A DNA stretch of 64,000 bases from Flavobacteriales bacterium (GTDB lineage: Bacteria; Bacteroidota; Bacteroidia; Flavobacteriales; UBA7312). Shown piece by piece: positions 61,249 through 64,000 of this stretch. Numbering within the stretch: the first letter of the stretch is position 1; each line of letters starts with the position of its first letter. The stretch is from the NCBI GenBank assembly GCA_049890295.1, contig JBMHBP010000004.1:78851-142850 (forward strand), given 5' to 3'. Both the position numbers and the translations under genes were made by a program. Under the pieces are notes generated by a model. The model saw only the letters and a list, made by a program, of their open reading frames with translations, made no database searches and was not told the DNA's origin.

Positions 61249-61957
61249 CATAGGGTTTAATATATCTTTTTTAATAGTATTAATCTTGCTATTGGGCTTT
61301 ACAAATAATCAATATCACGATCAAAAATGTCAGAGTTATCACATTGATCTACTTGATAAATCCAACGCGCTGATCAGTAAAGGTGAAGTTATCAATATTT
61401 TGGAATCCGTTTCTGATAGTATTTTAGGAATGCCATTGAATAAAATACCATTATATAAAATTGAAAAACAATTAGAAAAAAGACAAAATATCAAAAATGC
61501 AGAAGTATACATACTAGAAAATAGCCTGCAAATAGATATTGAGCAAAAAACACCAATAGTAAGAGTTAAGCGATTTGATAATTTAGAGTTCTATATGGAC
61601 GATAATGGTTCAATGTTTAATTTATCAGAAAATCATACCGAACATATTTTAGTAGCCAGTGGTTTCATTTCTGATAGTTTAGATTTTACAAACGTTCATA
61701 CATTAGCTCAATTCATAAATTCAAATCCGATTTGGAAATCACAAATTATTCAAATCTATCTTAATAAAAATAAAGAAATAGAATTAATACCACGAGTAGG
61801 TAATCATACAATATTATTTGGAGAAATTGATAATTATATCTCCAAGTTTGAAAAGCTCAAATTATTCTATGAAAAAGGAGCTGTTCAAACAGGTTGGAAT
61901 AGCTACAAAGAAATTAATCTAAAATTTAAGGATCAAATTGTTTGTGTAAAAAAGTAA
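61229..61957 (+). CDS. ftsQ: Cell division protein FtsQ
   Basis: N-terminal TM, POTRA-like region, Y..INLKF..QIVC; between murC and ftsA. Confidence 0.85.
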   Translation: MQSKWFNIGFNISFLIVLILLLGFTNNQYHDQKCQSYHIDLLDKSNALISKGEVINILESVSDSILGMPLNKIPLYKIEKQLEKRQNIKNAEVYILENSLQIDIEQKTPIVRVKRFDNLEFYMDDNGSMFNLSENHTEHILVASGFISDSLDFTNVHTLAQFINSNPIWKSQIIQIYLNKNKEIELIPRVGNHTILFGEIDNYISKFEKLKLFYEKGAVQTGWNSYKEINLKFKDQIVCVKK

Positions 61958-61959
61958 CT

Positions 61960-63228
61960 ATGGAAAGCAATTCAAAAATAGCTGTTGGTTTAGATATTGG
62001 AACAACAAAAATTACAGTCATTGTTGGCAGAAAAAACGAACACGGTAAAATAGAAATACTCGGAATGGGTAAAGCCCCCTCAACAGGAGTGATGCGGGGT
62101 ATAGTTGCTAATATTGATAAGACTACTCAATCAATTCAAAAAGCTTTAAACGAAGCTATTAGTTCTTCAGCAGTAGAAATTAAAAATGTCAATGTTGGAA
62201 TTGCAGGTCAACATATAAAAAGTTTACAGCATAGAGGTCAACTTGTCAGAGAAAATTTAGAAACTGAAATTAACGATGATGACATCAATAAGTTAATGCA
62301 AAACATGTATAAGCTTGTAATGGTTCCTGGTGAAAAAATTATTCATGTTATCCCTCAAGAATATATTGTAGATAAGCAAGACAATTTTCCAGACCCAAGA
62401 GGAATGGTAGGCGTACAGTTAGAGGCAAATTTTCATATCATTACTGGTCAAACTGCGGCTATTTCAAATATTAAGAAATGTGTTAATAATGCCAAATTAG
62501 CAATGACAGGCCTAACCTTAGAGCCATTAGCATCAGCCACTTCCGTACTCGATGATCAAGAAATAGAAGCTGGTGTAGCCTTAGTAGATATTGGTGGTGG
62601 TACTACTGATGTAGCAATTTTCAAAGACGGTATTATCCGTCACACTGCTGTTATACCATTTGGAGGAAATATAATCACTCAAGATATAAAAGAAGGTTGC
62701 TCAATTTTAGAAAATCAAGCTGAACTACTCAAAGTAAAGTTTGGTTCAGCTTTAGCTAGTCAAAATAAAGAAAATGAAATAGTTTCAATACCAGGTTTAA
62801 GAGGAAGAGAACCAAAAGAAATTTCACTTAAAAATTTAGCAAATATTATACAAGCTAGAGTTGAGGAAATCATAGAACTAGTCCATCATGAAATTAAAAA
62901 TTCTGGTTATGAGCGAAAACTTATAACAGGAATTGTTTTGACTGGTGGAGGAAGTCAGTTAAAGCATATTAGCCAATTAGTAGAATTTCATACCGGCATT
63001 GAATGTAGAATAGGTTACCCAAATGAACATTTAGCATCAACATCACCTGTAGAGGTAAATAGTCCAATGTATGCAACAGGAGTTGGACTAGTGATGAAAT
63101 TTTTAAATGATAATCAAGGAGAAGAAGCCGAGTCCAGTCAGTCAAAAGTGACCAACAACGGAGGTATGGGAGACTTCTTTAAATTGATGTTAGACAAACT
63201 CGATAAATATTTAACAAACGACGAATAA
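61960..63228 (+). CDS. ftsA: Cell division protein FtsA
   Basis: GLDIGTTKI, VDIGGGTT, LTGGG. Start moved to ATG 61960. Confidence 0.97.
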   Translation: MESNSKIAVGLDIGTTKITVIVGRKNEHGKIEILGMGKAPSTGVMRGIVANIDKTTQSIQKALNEAISSSAVEIKNVNVGIAGQHIKSLQHRGQLVRENLETEINDDDINKLMQNMYKLVMVPGEKIIHVIPQEYIVDKQDNFPDPRGMVGVQLEANFHIITGQTAAISNIKKCVNNAKLAMTGLTLEPLASATSVLDDQEIEAGVALVDIGGGTTDVAIFKDGIIRHTAVIPFGGNIITQDIKEGCSILENQAELLKVKFGSALASQNKENEIVSIPGLRGREPKEISLKNLANIIQARVEEIIELVHHEIKNSGYERKLITGIVLTGGGSQLKHISQLVEFHTGIECRIGYPNEHLASTSPVEVNSPMYATGVGLVMKFLNDNQGEEAESSQSKVTNNGGMGDFFKLMLDKLDKYLTNDE

Positions 63229-63262
63229 AAACAGAATTATTAACACATAAATTCACATAACT

Positions 63263-64000
63263 ATGACAAACGAAAGTGTATTAGCATTTGACTTACCAAA
63301 GAATCAATCATCAGTGATCAAAGTAATTGGTGTTGGTGGTGGCGGAAGCAATGCTGTAAATTACATGTATGAACATGGAATAGAAGGAGTAGATTTTGCA
63401 GTTTGTAATACCGATTTACAAGCATTAGAAGCAAGTCCGATCACAACAAAAATTCAAATAGGAGCAGAAATTACTGAAGGATTAGGTGCAGGAGCTAACC
63501 CTGAAGTAGGAAGAAAAGCTGCAGAAGAAAGTATTGATCGGATAGAAGAGCTACTAGAGACTAACACAAAAATGCTATTTATAACTGCTGGAATGGGTGG
63601 TGGTACCGGTACCGGAGCTGCACCTGTGATCGCAAAAGTAGCACGAGAAAAAGAAATTTTAACAGTAGCTGTTGTTACGGTACCTTTTTGGACAGAGGGA
63701 GGGTATAGAAAACAATACGCCGAAAAAGGGCTAGAAGAACTGAGGCAAAGTGTAGACACCTTGTTGGTCATAAACAATGATAGGCTTATCGAAGTTTATG
63801 GTGACCTAACACTAAGTAAAGCCTTTGCTAAAGCCAATGAAGTGCTGAATACTGCTACAAAAGGAATTGCAGAGGTAATATCTCAAACACTTATGGTAAA
63901 CATTGACCTTAATGATGCTAAAAGAGTGTTAAAGGATAGTGGTAGTGCTGTTATGGGTCAAGCCTATGCCTCTGGTGAAAATAGAGCTATTGAAGCTATT
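63263..64000 (+). CDS. ftsZ: Cell division protein FtsZ (3' end outside the window)
   Basis: Not in the ORF track. ATG 63263 reads MTNESVLAFDLPKNQSSVIKVIGVGGGGSNAVN...NTD.QAL...GLGAGANP...GMGGGTGTG. Confidence 0.97.
   Translation, partial: MTNESVLAFDLPKNQSSVIKVIGVGGGGSNAVNYMYEHGIEGVDFAVCNTDLQALEASPITTKIQIGAEITEGLGAGANPEVGRKAAEESIDRIEELLETNTKMLFITAGMGGGTGTGAAPVIAKVAREKEILTVAVVTVPFWTEGGYRKQYAEKGLEELRQSVDTLLVINNDRLIEVYGDLTLSKAFAKANEVLNTATKGIAEVISQTLMVNIDLNDAKRVLKDSGSAVMGQAYASGENRAIEAI

Noticed and set aside
63454-63777. 107-aa minus-strand ORF
   Set aside because: Antisense shadow of ftsZ.

Overview
AT-rich, tightly packed chromosomal segment of a Bacteroidota bacterium, most likely Flavobacteriales (gldB/gldC, T9SS C-terminal domains, TAnnTTTG -7 promoters, no Shine-Dalgarno motifs evident). 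It is mostly core genome: rfbA 3' end, polyprenyl synthase, sucAB, the CBS-POTRA-nadK-porG-like-uppS-bamA-skp-skp-murI envelope cluster, pdxJ, pyrC, tyrS, a PhoP/PhoR-like two-component system, trmB, mrp-nfu-korAB, nadE, gldBC, engB and the dcw cluster from mraZ to ftsZ (truncated at the window edge). I saw no rRNA, tRNA, CRISPR array or mobile element. The best candidates for undescribed biology are: (1) a SusD-less three-gene operon (T9SS-secreted lamin-tail protein, TonB-dependent receptor, T9SS-secreted OB-fold/tandem-HKD PLD-family enzyme) that looks like an extracellular nucleic-acid scavenging system; (2) a divergent PiT-like transporter preceded by an unannotated 29-aa membrane peptide and an 11-bp-periodic repeat, opposite phoPR; (3) a stand-alone COG4337/iota-type carbonic anhydrase; (4) five genes with promoter geometry that suggests leaderless mRNAs. 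All assignments come from reading motifs by eye; no database searches were run.
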